Source: a virus (lineage: Duplodnaviria > Caudoviricetes). From it: a DNA stretch of 64,000 bases. The position numbers and the translations under genes were made by a program. Within the stretch, counting starts at the first letter, position 1, and each line of letters begins with the position of its first letter. Below are positions 8,956 to 19,363 of the stretch, piece by piece. Location: positions 4,951-68,950 of IMG/VR virus record IMGVR_UViG_2744054974_000002, one strand, 5' to 3'. The notes below the pieces were generated by a model that was given only the letters and a program-made list of their open reading frames with translations, did no database searches and was not told the origin of the DNA.

Positions 8956-9996
8956 TTATCTATTTTGATTAAATACTTCTTTAATAGTCATTGTTTTAGG
9001 CTTTTCTTTACTTGACAAAGTATTTGATTGAGTTTGGTAGTTAACGTTACCACGTTGTTTCATTACTTCTTCAATTGCTTCGGCTCTCGCTTTATGCATT
9101 AAAGACGAAATTGCAGTCTCTCTGTTTTTAGGATTCAACCAAAAAACATCTTCAGCGAATTGCTTGTGGTTAAAGCCTTGTTCGCTTTCATAGGTGTCTT
9201 GAACATACTTTCCTAAATCAGAAACTATTGACACAGCACTGCTCCTGTCGTTATCTGAATAGTTATAGTCATAGTTCAATTCTTTTTGCTCTCCATTATC
9301 GTCAACCATAACTTTAAATGAAGTTGCTGTAACACTGTTCACAGCTTCTTGTACCATTTGGTTATGTTTGACTTTGTTTTGTTGAGCAATTTCAAAATCA
9401 GATTTTTTCATATACGTACCATTGGCCAATGCTACATATTCATCTTGATTTGTATTTTGGTTCTGAGGAACTTCTTGTTTAGGGATTGGTTGTCTGTATT
9501 TTGACTGTTCTTCTAAGCGGGCATCTTTTATAGACTTTCCATATTTTGACAACTCAATTAAGTCATTGGTAGTTAGGTTGTCCATGTCATCAATGCCTAA
9601 TTTGTCTTGTAGGTAACCATTGATCTGATCGTTAGATAGTTTCATCCCAGCTTCTTTTAGAACTTGCGCTCTTGCGAATTCAATAGGAGGAACATCATCT
9701 AGATTAGTACGTAAAGATTCAAACTCTTTACGGCCTCTCCCCGTTTCTTTTTTGTATTGAAAAAAAGCTTTGTCCTCATCATCCATTAAATCCTCATATG
9801 GATTCACTTCTTTTGTTTCAATCACCTTTTCAGGTTCTTTAAACAAGTCATCAAGTGAGGAAACCTCTCTACCTTGTTCTTTAAAGTAATTCAACACAGC
9901 TGTTTCATCAACTGTATTTACTACTGGTGTTTCTTGTTCAGCAGGTGGATTCCCATTTACATCTGGTAAGTCATTAGTATTATTTCCTTCGTTCAT
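8956..9996 (-). CDS. putative scaffolding/head assembly protein
   Basis: Acidic protein between portal and MCP; F..YKKETGRG..EF motif. Confidence 0.6.
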   Translation of the reverse strand: MNEGNNTNDLPDVNGNPPAEQETPVVNTVDETAVLNYFKEQGREVSSLDDLFKEPEKVIETKEVNPYEDLMDDEDKAFFQYKKETGRGRKEFESLRTNLDDVPPIEFARAQVLKEAGMKLSNDQINGYLQDKLGIDDMDNLTTNDLIELSKYGKSIKDARLEEQSKYRQPIPKQEVPQNQNTNQDEYVALANGTYMKKSDFEIAQQNKVKHNQMVQEAVNSVTATSFKVMVDDNGEQKELNYDYNYSDNDRSSAVSIVSDLGKYVQDTYESEQGFNHKQFAEDVFWLNPKNRETAISSLMHKARAEAIEEVMKQRGNVNYQTQSNTLSSKEKPKTMTIKEVFNQNR

Positions 9997-10009
9997 AGCA
10001 ATTTTGTTA

Positions 10010-10056
10010 ATAGATTAAAACTATCAAGTAGTTCAAAGATAATAAATAAAACTTAT
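10010..10056 (-). promoter_or_regulatory. late promoter (minus-strand TATCTTTG) flanked by two ATAR-N7-YTAT boxes
   Basis: CAAAGATA at 10034-10041; boxes at 10010-10024 and 10042-10056. Confidence 0.55.
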
Positions 10057-10095
10057 TTTACATGTAATTTATATAAAATATTACATGTAAAAATA

Positions 10096-12480
10096 TTATT
10101 CAAGCCAACTACTTTCCTCAAAATCAATTGGTGCTAAATTATTATGTCGTTGAGTAATCATTTTTGACTGTTGAGAAGCTTGTATTTTGGTTCGTTCATC
10201 TTTCTTGGATTCCTTATAAGCTTCCAAATTTTCTTTGCCTTTAGCAGCAATCTGTGCTAAATACACATCTTGTTGAAACTTCTCGTCTTCTTTTGGTTTG
10301 TTAACCTCATTCATCGCTTGCTGTTTCATCACTTCGATTTGTGCCATTTCAGAAGCGAATTGCAAATCAATTTGTTTCTTATATTGGTAAGCTTCTGTAT
10401 CAGCTTGAACTTTAGCCTGTGCAGCCATTGCGTCATTTTGAGATTTAACTTGAAGTATTCTCTCATTTTCATCTGCTCTTATCTGCATGTTCTTTCTACG
10501 GCGATACGCTAGATATTGTTTAGCAAGTTTTGGATTAGTTTTAAAGATGTTCATTGCTTCGGACTTTTCTTCAACTGAAATAGAACCTTCTTGTAAAGCA
10601 ATATTCATATCTTCTCTAAACTCTTGCATCGCTTCCATTGCAGGTACAATATTGAACGTGAATCCAAACTCGTGAAGATGTCTATTCTTTAAAACAGATA
10701 GATGATCATTGAAGTGTTTTGAAATTACATTGTCGTACAATTTTCTAATATGAGAAGCTTCTGAATAATTATAGATAGATTGAATGCGTGTAGAAATCAA
10801 TTCGCTTAATTTCAATCGGAATCTTACCCAGGTATCAACGATATCCTTTGTAGCACGGTTACCCGCTAATCGGTTCATTTCAGAAACTCCAACTAGTGCA
10901 TTTGAACCTATAGAGCCATCTACAGCTGGGTTAATACCTGTGTTTTCTCGTATTAAATTGTAGTCAGTTGCCCAACTGTTCAATAAAGTAGTTATTTGAT
11001 TTCCTTGTCCAGCAGGTTTTACATTTACTGCTCCAGCATCTTTGATTCCATCTTCACCAAGATTGATTCTTTTTTTAAGTACAATACTTTTAGTTTCGAA
11101 TAAATCAAATGCTTCTTGCCAAGCTGCTCTTTTAGTTCCTCCTTCACTTGGTAATTCTGCTAATGAATCTAAATCTATTTCAATTACATCGGATCTCAAT
11201 TCATTCAATAACTGTTTAATCTTTAAGGCAGTTAGTTGCATGTTATCTGCGATAACTTCTATTTCATCAGTAAATGAATATAGTTTATTGTTATAGATAT
11301 CAAGCGCATGTGTTAGGAATGGTGACATGGCTTTGTTCATCACATCGTCATATAGATTTTCGCATTCTTTCCAATCATATAAATAATCAGTACCTATTAC
11401 ATAGTTGCCTTCAAACCAAGTATCAAACGTTTTTTCTAAAGTTCCTGTATCAATTCTATTAGGGGCTTCAAAATCATCATTTCGCTTAGATAGCTTATAT
11501 ACCTTACCTTGACGAATATTTTGTTTGTACTTGAGTGTTTTAACTGTTTTCCAAGCGAATCGAAGCACATCAACCTTATGACCTTGTAGTTTGTCATAGT
11601 TTTCTGCAGGAGTCAATCCTGTATTCCAATTATAACCATATCCTTTGGCTACATCTCTAGCTTTTTCTAAACTAAGTCCGCTCTCTCTAATCAAATCAGA
11701 AATAGTAATCGTATCAACAACCCCTTCGTAGAACTTGTCATCGAAATTATTTTTCTTGACAAAAGAGTGCACATAGTTTTCAGGGTCCACATAAGCTAAT
11801 TTTACTCCATCGCTTTTGTCGGTATAAACACGAGTAATCATGATACCACAGTTGACTAAATCTGCACGAAGTTGGGCATCAAGTTCTAGCCAATCATTTG
11901 TTTTAAGAATCCAATCGATTAGTAGCTCTTCAGCAATTTCAATTTTTGGTCTGTCTTTTATTGCAACAAATAATTCAAGTTCTTCTTCGTCTTCAGGTAC
12001 AAATGAATTAGGCATTAAATCGATTCCTAATTCTTTTTTTGCTTTGTTTAATAGACTAAAGCTTGTCATATACTTTCGATACTCATTCATCTTCTCTTCA
12101 TTCATTTTAACCGTTATCTTATCGGTTGAACGAATATCAAGAGAATAGTTTTCTGGCGACATACCATTAATCACGATGTTACAAAACTTTCGAGCGATAT
12201 TGATATATCGGAAGTCAATGTTTAGATACTTTAAGCTGTTTTTATTGCTCGCTAAAAGCTTTTTGAATTGATTAACGTCTTTCTCCCCACGAACAAACTT
12301 TCGTTTATTTACAATGGACTCTCGTCGAGTATTGAAAGCACAATTACCACTTCCTATAATTCCACCTGCAAACCATTGGCTAGAAATGAATCTTGCCACG
12401 TTAAGTCCGTACTCTTTTTCTTTCTTCTGTTCAAATGGAACAAAAGGATCTATTGGTTTTAAATTGTTATCTTGTTTCAT
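10096..12480 (-). CDS. portal protein
   Basis: 794 aa directly after TerL; YVDP.N...S, IR..TGIN...DGS motifs and a Q/E-rich helical barrel at the C-terminus. Confidence 0.85.
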   Translation of the reverse strand: MKQDNNLKPIDPFVPFEQKKEKEYGLNVARFISSQWFAGGIIGSGNCAFNTRRESIVNKRKFVRGEKDVNQFKKLLASNKNSLKYLNIDFRYINIARKFCNIVINGMSPENYSLDIRSTDKITVKMNEEKMNEYRKYMTSFSLLNKAKKELGIDLMPNSFVPEDEEELELFVAIKDRPKIEIAEELLIDWILKTNDWLELDAQLRADLVNCGIMITRVYTDKSDGVKLAYVDPENYVHSFVKKNNFDDKFYEGVVDTITISDLIRESGLSLEKARDVAKGYGYNWNTGLTPAENYDKLQGHKVDVLRFAWKTVKTLKYKQNIRQGKVYKLSKRNDDFEAPNRIDTGTLEKTFDTWFEGNYVIGTDYLYDWKECENLYDDVMNKAMSPFLTHALDIYNNKLYSFTDEIEVIADNMQLTALKIKQLLNELRSDVIEIDLDSLAELPSEGGTKRAAWQEAFDLFETKSIVLKKRINLGEDGIKDAGAVNVKPAGQGNQITTLLNSWATDYNLIRENTGINPAVDGSIGSNALVGVSEMNRLAGNRATKDIVDTWVRFRLKLSELISTRIQSIYNYSEASHIRKLYDNVISKHFNDHLSVLKNRHLHEFGFTFNIVPAMEAMQEFREDMNIALQEGSISVEEKSEAMNIFKTNPKLAKQYLAYRRRKNMQIRADENERILQVKSQNDAMAAQAKVQADTEAYQYKKQIDLQFASEMAQIEVMKQQAMNEVNKPKEDEKFQQDVYLAQIAAKGKENLEAYKESKKDERTKIQASQQSKMITQRHNNLAPIDFEESSWLE

Positions 12481-14710
12481 ATGCTTTGGAAATGTAACCT
12501 GAGTTATCGTATGTAGTGAATGGATTTATATCTAGTGGTTTTTCGGGTTCTTCTAGTTGAACTTTTACTCTACTTTGATTCGCAATTAATGCAAGTGAGG
12601 AAGAAATGTAAGCATCATATTTAGTTCTATTATTTGGGTCAACATCTTTCCATTGTATTAAAGTCCTAGTAAAAGGCATGTTTCCCATTTCTCCAATTGG
12701 TCTGTTTGAACTATCCCTTGCTACTCCAATATGATCTTCAATGAAAGCCTCGACAGCATAAAATTGTTGGTCTCCAATTTTACTATCTTGAGGAGGCACA
12801 CCGCCATATTCTTTTTCAGTAGGACTTAACTCTGACCACTTCTTAAAAGGATTATTTAAAACGAAATGTCTATATCCTCTATCTTTTACATATTGCAAAA
12901 ACTTTTCATTTGAAAGCTCTGGTAGAAATGGCATTGAGTAATAAACGTGAACCATAATTACATCTTCAAAGAAGTAATCTACTTTCTTTGCTCTATCAAT
13001 GTATTCAACTATAATTTTTTCATTTGGAAAATAAGCATTGTATTTTGTAGCAATATGTATAGAACCTTGAGAGCCTCGCCCATCTACTGTTTTACTTCTA
13101 TTGTAAGGATCGACTCCTCCTGCTCCAATATGAGTATTTTTAGGAGCCCAAGCCATAACCCCATGAAACATTCTCTTCTCTTTTAAGTTTCGTATTTCTT
13201 TCGGAGGATGACAACCTTTTCTAATCCAAAATCTTCCACTTACAGGATCTGGTTTCCAAATAACTTCTGTATCTTGTATTCCGTCCTTCCAAATTAAATT
13301 ACCTCTTTCAACATCATCATTAACGTAGGTATTCGCATCTTCATCAAGCTCATCTGAATTATGCTCAATTTGTTCAGTTAGATGAACTAAATTAAAAGCA
13401 CAATCATCACTTTCGTCACGGAAAGCATCTGAAGGAGAGTCTGGAAATTGACGTTTAAATTCATATTCTTTTTCGGGATCATCTTTTAAAGCTTCTATTT
13501 CTTGTTTCAAGAATGTATCTGCACCAATTGAAACCTTTTTCCCAAGGTCATTTGTAATTGGCTCTTTCGGGTCCTCAACAATACTAAATCCGTATTCATC
13601 AAAGAAACCTTCTAAACAATATTTAGCAGCAATAAATATTCGATATAATCCTGATTTTGTTTGACCGTTTTTGTTTCGGTTTTCTACATTACTATCATCC
13701 CAAATTTTCTTGAATCCTGCACCTCCTTTTTTCATTGCGTTTACAGTTGAAACAACCATCGACTTTCCAACGATATTACTACCCAATCTATGGGCAGTTT
13801 TTACAATTTGCCAATACTCATCAAATGGAACTTCTTTAGGGTATTTTCCTGATTCATCTAAAAGGGAGCGGAATATTTCCTCACCATCCATCGCATTCAT
13901 TTCAGTATTATGCCAGGAGATAGAAGTATCTAAACCTTGACCTTCTTCCACTGTTTCGCCTTGCTTACGTTTCTTAGTTTGCTCAGTGAATACAAGTTCG
14001 GTCTTAGGAGTATTGGTACCGTCTGTTTCGGGTTTAAAGAAAGGAGGGTAACGTTTAAAGGCACGTACTAAGCGATTGAAAATCTTTTTAGCGTCATTAC
14101 CTTTCTTGGAGATCATCCCAAGTATTTTGTTTTCGTGGATAGAACCACTTTCAAGCATTTCATTATTACCAAGTGCGGATGCTCCAAAACGTCTATTCTT
14201 AACGTACTGCATTCCATAACAGCGTTCATCGGCTTTACAAGCCTCCCAAAACACCATTAATTCATTTTGGATAATACGAAGCTTAGGATAATCAGAACCT
14301 TCGCGAAACCATTGCAGAAAATGCCAGTAAGTACCAGTCATGTAAACTGGATTGCCATTTAAGTAAATCCAAATCCCTTCATCACGGTACTTGAATTGTC
14401 GTTCTACAAATTCAGTAAACTTTGCATCCCAACAATTTTCAGCATTCATTCCTTTGGGTAATTCTTCTCGTACCCATTTTTGAAGCTTTTGAGGTTTGTC
14501 AAAATTGATTATTTCTTTTTTATCAGGTATTTGAGGTAACCCGATTGGTATGCCATAAACATCAAATATTTCGCCAAGAGTACCATCTTTTGAAATAATT
14601 ACAACATCTATAATAGCGTTATAACCATACTCCCAAGATTTTGTTTTATTCTTGGCAATACGGAGTTTTTCATCAACTCTATCTTCAATCTTAGTACCTA
14701 AGTAATACAT
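12467..14710 (-). CDS. terL: terminase large subunit
   Basis: Walker A variant KNRRFGAS, Walker B LLDESGK, coupling motif VST, nuclease motif GVDPY, late YD..ISS. Confidence 0.92.
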   Translation of the reverse strand: MYYLGTKIEDRVDEKLRIAKNKTKSWEYGYNAIIDVVIISKDGTLGEIFDVYGIPIGLPQIPDKKEIINFDKPQKLQKWVREELPKGMNAENCWDAKFTEFVERQFKYRDEGIWIYLNGNPVYMTGTYWHFLQWFREGSDYPKLRIIQNELMVFWEACKADERCYGMQYVKNRRFGASALGNNEMLESGSIHENKILGMISKKGNDAKKIFNRLVRAFKRYPPFFKPETDGTNTPKTELVFTEQTKKRKQGETVEEGQGLDTSISWHNTEMNAMDGEEIFRSLLDESGKYPKEVPFDEYWQIVKTAHRLGSNIVGKSMVVSTVNAMKKGGAGFKKIWDDSNVENRNKNGQTKSGLYRIFIAAKYCLEGFFDEYGFSIVEDPKEPITNDLGKKVSIGADTFLKQEIEALKDDPEKEYEFKRQFPDSPSDAFRDESDDCAFNLVHLTEQIEHNSDELDEDANTYVNDDVERGNLIWKDGIQDTEVIWKPDPVSGRFWIRKGCHPPKEIRNLKEKRMFHGVMAWAPKNTHIGAGGVDPYNRSKTVDGRGSQGSIHIATKYNAYFPNEKIIVEYIDRAKKVDYFFEDVIMVHVYYSMPFLPELSNEKFLQYVKDRGYRHFVLNNPFKKWSELSPTEKEYGGVPPQDSKIGDQQFYAVEAFIEDHIGVARDSSNRPIGEMGNMPFTRTLIQWKDVDPNNRTKYDAYISSSLALIANQSRVKVQLEEPEKPLDINPFTTYDNSGYISKAYETR

Positions 14711-14736
14711 TCCTATTTAAGCTTTTAAACTTCAAT

Positions 14737-14760
14737 AGGCTTTTTGTTTTGACAATTATT
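14737..14760 (-). repeat. 24-nt direct repeat copy 1 (leader of terL)
   Basis: AGGCTTTTTGTTTTGACAATTATT, identical to 16806-16829. Confidence 0.85.
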
Positions 14761-15115
14761 TTTTGGTGTGCCTTTTTAATGGGTTTTTATTGGCTGGTGT
14801 TGATTTAGATTCTTCTTCATTTTCTACAACATCCCAAAATGTAGGATCATTAAGTTCTCTTTCTAATTCATTAATCTTTCCAAGTATCCCATCTGCTCTG
14901 TCCAAAGCAGCATCTCGCACACCTAAGAAAGAATACAATTGTTGTTCTGCTGTTTTTAGTATATCTCCATCTTTATCTGTAATATCAGTGAAAGTAGGAA
15001 GTGGTTTAGACACAGCATTAAAAGTATCATCTACTAACTTTTGATATTTCTCAATAAGCGTCGGAATCTCATTTTTTCGCTTCTCTTGTAATTTTCCGTT
15101 ACTCATACTATCCAA
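14756..15115 (-). CDS. hypothetical protein, possible terminase small subunit
   Basis: Helical 119-aa protein directly upstream of terL; assignment is positional only. Confidence 0.45.
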   Translation of the reverse strand: MDSMSNGKLQEKRKNEIPTLIEKYQKLVDDTFNAVSKPLPTFTDITDKDGDILKTAEQQLYSFLGVRDAALDRADGILGKINELERELNDPTFWDVVENEEESKSTPANKNPLKRHTKK

Positions 15116-15701
15116 CTTTAGCTAAACAATCTTTTGTTCTAATCCAAGTATATTCTTTACCATCGATATACACATCAACTCCGTAGTAGTCGTTATAACG
15201 TATGGTGTCACCTTTACTTACTTCATCTCTAAGCAAATCATCATTTGGAATTTCGACAATAGCTATTCCTTTTAATGCTTTAGGTTTTGAAATTTCAGTA
15301 ATTATTAAACCGGATTTCTTTTCTTCTCCAGAATCCATCACTTTAGAAACGATTACATTTTCATTAAAACCTTTCCATTCGCTATTTTCATCCTTTCGGA
15401 TAGCAAGTATCATGTTTGCTTGAACTTTAAAGAATCCTTTGTGTCCTGATATTTCATTGTTAACTCCTTTTCCATGGTCATAAAGGTTTTGAAAATAAAT
15501 TGTTGGATCAATAAAAGCTTGATATCCTACAATGTCCTCGCCCTCATAGTTTAATGGCATTGCTTTAATTTCTACTTCTCTTTGAGCCAATCGTTTTTGT
15601 AGGAATCGGTTATCTCCAAAAAGTTCTAATCCACTTTCTGTTTTGAAAGTTTCATTAAAGACAATGTCTGTATAAACAATAAAGTCATGTATTGATTTCA
15701 T
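15108..15701 (-). CDS. GroES-like (tandem Cpn10-like domain) protein
   Basis: Two segments with KTESGLEL and KKSGLII mobile-loop-like motifs, plus GD.I.Y...G.DV.IDGKEY. Confidence 0.6.
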   Translation of the reverse strand: MKSIHDFIVYTDIVFNETFKTESGLELFGDNRFLQKRLAQREVEIKAMPLNYEGEDIVGYQAFIDPTIYFQNLYDHGKGVNNEISGHKGFFKVQANMILAIRKDENSEWKGFNENVIVSKVMDSGEEKKSGLIITEISKPKALKGIAIVEIPNDDLLRDEVSKGDTIRYNDYYGVDVYIDGKEYTWIRTKDCLAKVG

Positions 15702-15746
15702 AGATAAAAACTATTACGAGTTAATTCAAAGATAGAAAAATTCTAT
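15700..15746 (-). promoter_or_regulatory. late promoter flanked by two ATAG-N7-CTAT boxes
   Basis: CAAAGATA at 15727-15734; boxes at 15700-15714 and 15732-15746. Confidence 0.55.
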
Positions 15747-15786
15747 GTAAATTTTATACAAATTACACACAAAACAATAAAACCGA

Positions 15787-16230
15787 TTATTTTAATAATC
15801 GGCTTAGTTTTTTCAAGGGTTTTCTAAATATGTAAATAAGAAATACTATTAGAATTAAAGGCAGAATAATCCCCCACCAATTGAACTGCTTTCGGTCAGT
15901 TATTTTATCTTTTGTTGTGCTCTTATCCTTGGTGCTTTCTTGAATATCCTCTTCTTTTTTATTTTCTTTTTCAACACTTTCTTCTTTTCCTTTTTCCTTT
16001 TCTTCGGAACTCGGATTATAGATTGTTCGTTTACCATCTTTTTCAACTATAGAATCGGCTTTAAAAATTCTTGAAGTCTCGTATATTTTAATCTTACTTC
16101 TTTCAATTTCAAGCTCTTTTATTTTTACACTAAGATTGGTTTCGATATCATTGATTCTCTTTTGTAATTCTACTTTACGCGAACCGCAGTTCATTAAAAG
16201 AATTGAGAGTAGGATGATTGAATACTTCAT
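15787..16230 (-). CDS. lipoprotein with C-terminal TM helix, putative unimolecular spanin
   Basis: Signal peptide ending LMNC-GS, C-terminal hydrophobic helix, directly after the endolysin. Confidence 0.65.
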   Translation of the reverse strand: MKYSIILLSILLMNCGSRKVELQKRINDIETNLSVKIKELEIERSKIKIYETSRIFKADSIVEKDGKRTIYNPSSEEKEKGKEESVEKENKKEEDIQESTKDKSTTKDKITDRKQFNWWGIILPLILIVFLIYIFRKPLKKLSRLLK

Positions 16231-16784
16231 TAGGCTTTAAATTTAAAGTCATTTAATCGATTCATCCATCCATTAATAAATCGTTTTTGAGTAGGATTGT
16301 TTTTTACAATATCATTTAAAAACTTTACTCGTGCATCAAATACTTTTTTGAAAAATTCTGCTTGGTTAACAGCATTCAAAGCATTAATTGTTTTTGGACC
16401 AACAATACCATCCTGGGTAACCCCTAAAATTCTTTGAGGAATAATGATTCCCCACTTGCCAGATCCCCAATACCAGTCAACAAGAATATTAGCTACTGAT
16501 TGATTTTTTATTTCATTAGCACGCCATTTGTCCCAGTATCGGCGGAGCACGTATTTAAAATCGGATTGATTTAATAATTTTATGTCTTCAGCATCAATCT
16601 TACCATCATTGTTTTTATCATAGCCATAGTGTCGCCATGTTTCGAGAGTAATTCCCATATTAGTGGCCCCTCCTTTATCTATTGGATCATTTACAAACCC
16701 ACCTTCCCATTTAGCAATTATGGGACCGAGTAATTCTATTTCTGCATCTAAAGCGAAATTTTCGAATGTAGTATAAGTTGCCAT
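16230..16784 (-). CDS. endolysin, glycoside hydrolase family 108 with peptidoglycan-binding domain
   Basis: [18 protein letters not shown] motif, DGIVGPKT and F..GW.NR; start moved to ATG 16784. Confidence 0.9.
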   Translation of the reverse strand: MATYTTFENFALDAEIELLGPIIAKWEGGFVNDPIDKGGATNMGITLETWRHYGYDKNNDGKIDAEDIKLLNQSDFKYVLRRYWDKWRANEIKNQSVANILVDWYWGSGKWGIIIPQRILGVTQDGIVGPKTINALNAVNQAEFFKKVFDARVKFLNDIVKNNPTQKRFINGWMNRLNDFKFKA

Positions 16785-16805
16785 TTCAATTCGATTAAAA
16801 GTGAA

Positions 16806-16829
16806 AGGCTTTTTGTTTTGACAATTATT
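16806..16829 (-). repeat. 24-nt direct repeat copy 2 (leader of endolysin)
   Basis: Identical to 14737-14760. Confidence 0.85.
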
Positions 16830-17352
16830 CTTCTTTATTCTTACTATCAAAGAAGGCTTTTAAATCGCCATTCTTTTCAAAATCATAAAGCTTTTTCATT
16901 ATAAATTCAGGTGGATACTTTCCATTGCTCATAATGTATACATTCTTAAAAACTTTGGATGTTGGGTAAAGTAGAGTAGTAATTTGAATGGTTATTTTAA
17001 ATAGTTCTCCTACAATATTATTTCCTGCGGTATATCTCAACATTTCAAGCATAATATAAACAACAGAAACAGTTAATATCATTATCCCATTTCTAGCAAA
17101 GAAACCTCCCCAACTAAAGCTTTTATTCTTAACATGGAATGCAATACCAACCCCCATATTTATAAACAATGCAATACACATAAACTGCCCGAATTGCTTA
17201 TTTTCTGAAAACCACCAACCAACTATATCCACTAAAAATGCAATCGGAGCTAATCTGTATAAAATAGATAAGTAGTAATCTATCCTATCTGGCCACTTAA
17301 CACACGGTTCTGACAATAATGTTATTCTAGTAAGGATTTGTTGTATGTTCAT
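16825..17352 (-). CDS. putative holin
   Basis: Three to four hydrophobic segments, immediately upstream of the endolysin. Confidence 0.65.
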   Translation of the reverse strand: MNIQQILTRITLLSEPCVKWPDRIDYYLSILYRLAPIAFLVDIVGWWFSENKQFGQFMCIALFINMGVGIAFHVKNKSFSWGGFFARNGIMILTVSVVYIMLEMLRYTAGNNIVGELFKITIQITTLLYPTSKVFKNVYIMSNGKYPPEFIMKKLYDFEKNGDLKAFFDSKNKEE

Positions 17353-17657
17353 TACTCCATGTTTTTAAATTCCCCAGTCATCTGATTGATATTTACTCTA
17401 CCGTATGTTTGCGTAAACTCGTTTATGAGCTTTTGCCTTTCAAAAAGAACTTCTGAATTGGAGCCATCTAAAACGTTTTTTGCTTGTTTCAGTTCAAACT
17501 CACGTTGATATAATTCTGCGGCTTGTTGGTTGATTTGTTCTAACTTCTGATTAGATTCTTGCAATTTTGCCAAATGTAACGGAGAGATTTTGTTTACTGT
17601 TTCTTCAACTTTATCCTCTACTGATGTTTTTGTTTGTGTTTGTTTTTCTTTGTTCAT
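17352..17657 (-). CDS. coiled-coil hypothetical protein
   Basis: Heptads; C-terminal YG.VNIN..TGE. Confidence 0.7.
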   Translation of the reverse strand: MNKEKQTQTKTSVEDKVEETVNKISPLHLAKLQESNQKLEQINQQAAELYQREFELKQAKNVLDGSNSEVLFERQKLINEFTQTYGRVNINQMTGEFKNME

Positions 17658-17668
17658 TTTTTCTATTT

Positions 17669-18556
17669 TTAAATTAAAGGTTCTTTTCTGAAAATTCCTG
17701 ACCTAGCTTCACCAATGTATATCTGAAGAATAGGCAAATCATTTACGTTTAATAGATTTCTATCTATCGTTATTTTGTTTTGGCGGAAAGCTTCAAAAGA
17801 CAGCTTCTGTCCAGGTTGTATTAAGTTTTCGAAGTATCGAATACAGTTAATTCCTGATATTGCTTCGATATATATTTTAGCGGGATATTCTCCATTTAAG
17901 AACGTATTGAAGAAGTCAATTACTTCTTGGCTATTGGTTGTCAATGTTGAGTTGTTGACACTATAATTTAACGCCTCTGAAATATCCCTATGATTGATAT
18001 ATTGAGTTCGCTCTAAATTAAAAATATTCAATTGAGCAAGGACATTAAAATTCAAAACTATATGCCCTATAGAACCATAATCTGTCGCTTCTGCATACAT
18101 ATAATAGAATCGCTGTCTTGTATCTTCTGTAAATCTCACTCCATCATCTGACCATAAGAAGTCAACATGTCCTACGCGCGTTTCATATTGTCCAGCTCCA
18201 CCACCATAACTAAAACCAATTTGATTATTTTCGAGATTATCTTTTTTTATGATATCGCCAACAATCAAATCTCGGTGAGGGTGACTTGCATAATCGCTAC
18301 TTCTTACATTCATATTAGATATTTCAGCAATTTTTAAAGCTTTGAAATCTCTTCCTTGATTTGGCTTATATGGTGGAAAAGTGTCTGTTGTTACATCAAA
18401 TAATGTTAGATTGTAACCTTTCGCTGTATCATTTACAATACTATCTAATTGGTTATCGTGTGTAATATCCTTGTCCGTCCAAGTGATTACGTTGCTTCCT
18501 GTTCTTATACTTGAACTTGATGTATCTCTTACTGCTATTAATCTTAATTCTGCCAT
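17669..18556 (-). CDS. putative tail-associated protein
   Basis: In the fibre cluster; N-terminus resembles that of the neighbouring gene (M.EL+.IA...S/P.R.G). Confidence 0.6.
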   Translation of the reverse strand: MAELRLIAVRDTSSSSIRTGSNVITWTDKDITHDNQLDSIVNDTAKGYNLTLFDVTTDTFPPYKPNQGRDFKALKIAEISNMNVRSSDYASHPHRDLIVGDIIKKDNLENNQIGFSYGGGAGQYETRVGHVDFLWSDDGVRFTEDTRQRFYYMYAEATDYGSIGHIVLNFNVLAQLNIFNLERTQYINHRDISEALNYSVNNSTLTTNSQEVIDFFNTFLNGEYPAKIYIEAISGINCIRYFENLIQPGQKLSFEAFRQNKITIDRNLLNVNDLPILQIYIGEARSGIFRKEPLI

Positions 18557-18558
18557 AA

Positions 18559-19353
18559 TTACAATCCGCTATATTGACCACTTCCGATGTCAGCAACATC
18601 GAATGTGATGATTGTTGTAACCCCTTCTGCTGTACCTGGAGGATAAAAAGCTTTCATCTCTCCCGATTCTAAATTAGCTGCCATAAATTCATCTCCATTA
18701 TTAATACGAACTCCATTAAAAGTTATGATAGCAGTTCCTTGTATAACACGCGCAATTACTTTTAAAGGCGCGTCATTTTCAGGATCTCCATAAGGAGGTG
18801 TAGTATCAAACGTGAACGCATTTATATTGATAGGTACTAACACCCCAATCGGACAGTCTATGGTGTTATTTCCGATAGAATTTGGCGGTTGATTGACTCC
18901 TGATACAACATCAATAAATAACTTAGCAGATTCATTGATGTAATCTGAAATTGCACTACTACCCGAATCGAAAGCGGATGCCGTGTATTCCACATAGTCA
19001 CTCCCTATTGTATTTCCTTTTACTTTAAAAAGGCTCCCGTCTAAATTAGATTTGCTTATTTCTCCATTTTGTACAGTGTTATTCACATAACGTAATACTT
19101 GACCATTATTGGTCAAAGTGGCAATTGTAGCAGTTCCTGAAGGGCGCAAAATATTCTCTACATTTATTCCTGGTGCAAGTACTTTTATCCCAGCAATTGG
19201 CCTTCCAAATTCATGTAGATAACTAGGGGTTGAGTTAGTTAATTCTGCCCTCGTGATATTTACTGTTTGCCCAACAACAACTCTCACTCGTACATCTCCG
19301 ATTCTTTCAGGAGGAAGGTTATTGTTGGTCGCTATTATCTTTAGTTCTGACAT
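18559..19353 (-). CDS. putative tail-associated beta-sandwich protein with two similar domains
   Basis: Repeated N.PP..IG and T..TP.Y segments. Confidence 0.6.
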   Translation of the reverse strand: MSELKIIATNNNLPPERIGDVRVRVVVGQTVNITRAELTNSTPSYLHEFGRPIAGIKVLAPGINVENILRPSGTATIATLTNNGQVLRYVNNTVQNGEISKSNLDGSLFKVKGNTIGSDYVEYTASAFDSGSSAISDYINESAKLFIDVVSGVNQPPNSIGNNTIDCPIGVLVPININAFTFDTTPPYGDPENDAPLKVIARVIQGTAIITFNGVRINNGDEFMAANLESGEMKAFYPPGTAEGVTTIITFDVADIGSGQYSGL

Positions 19354-19363
19354 ATTTTATCTT

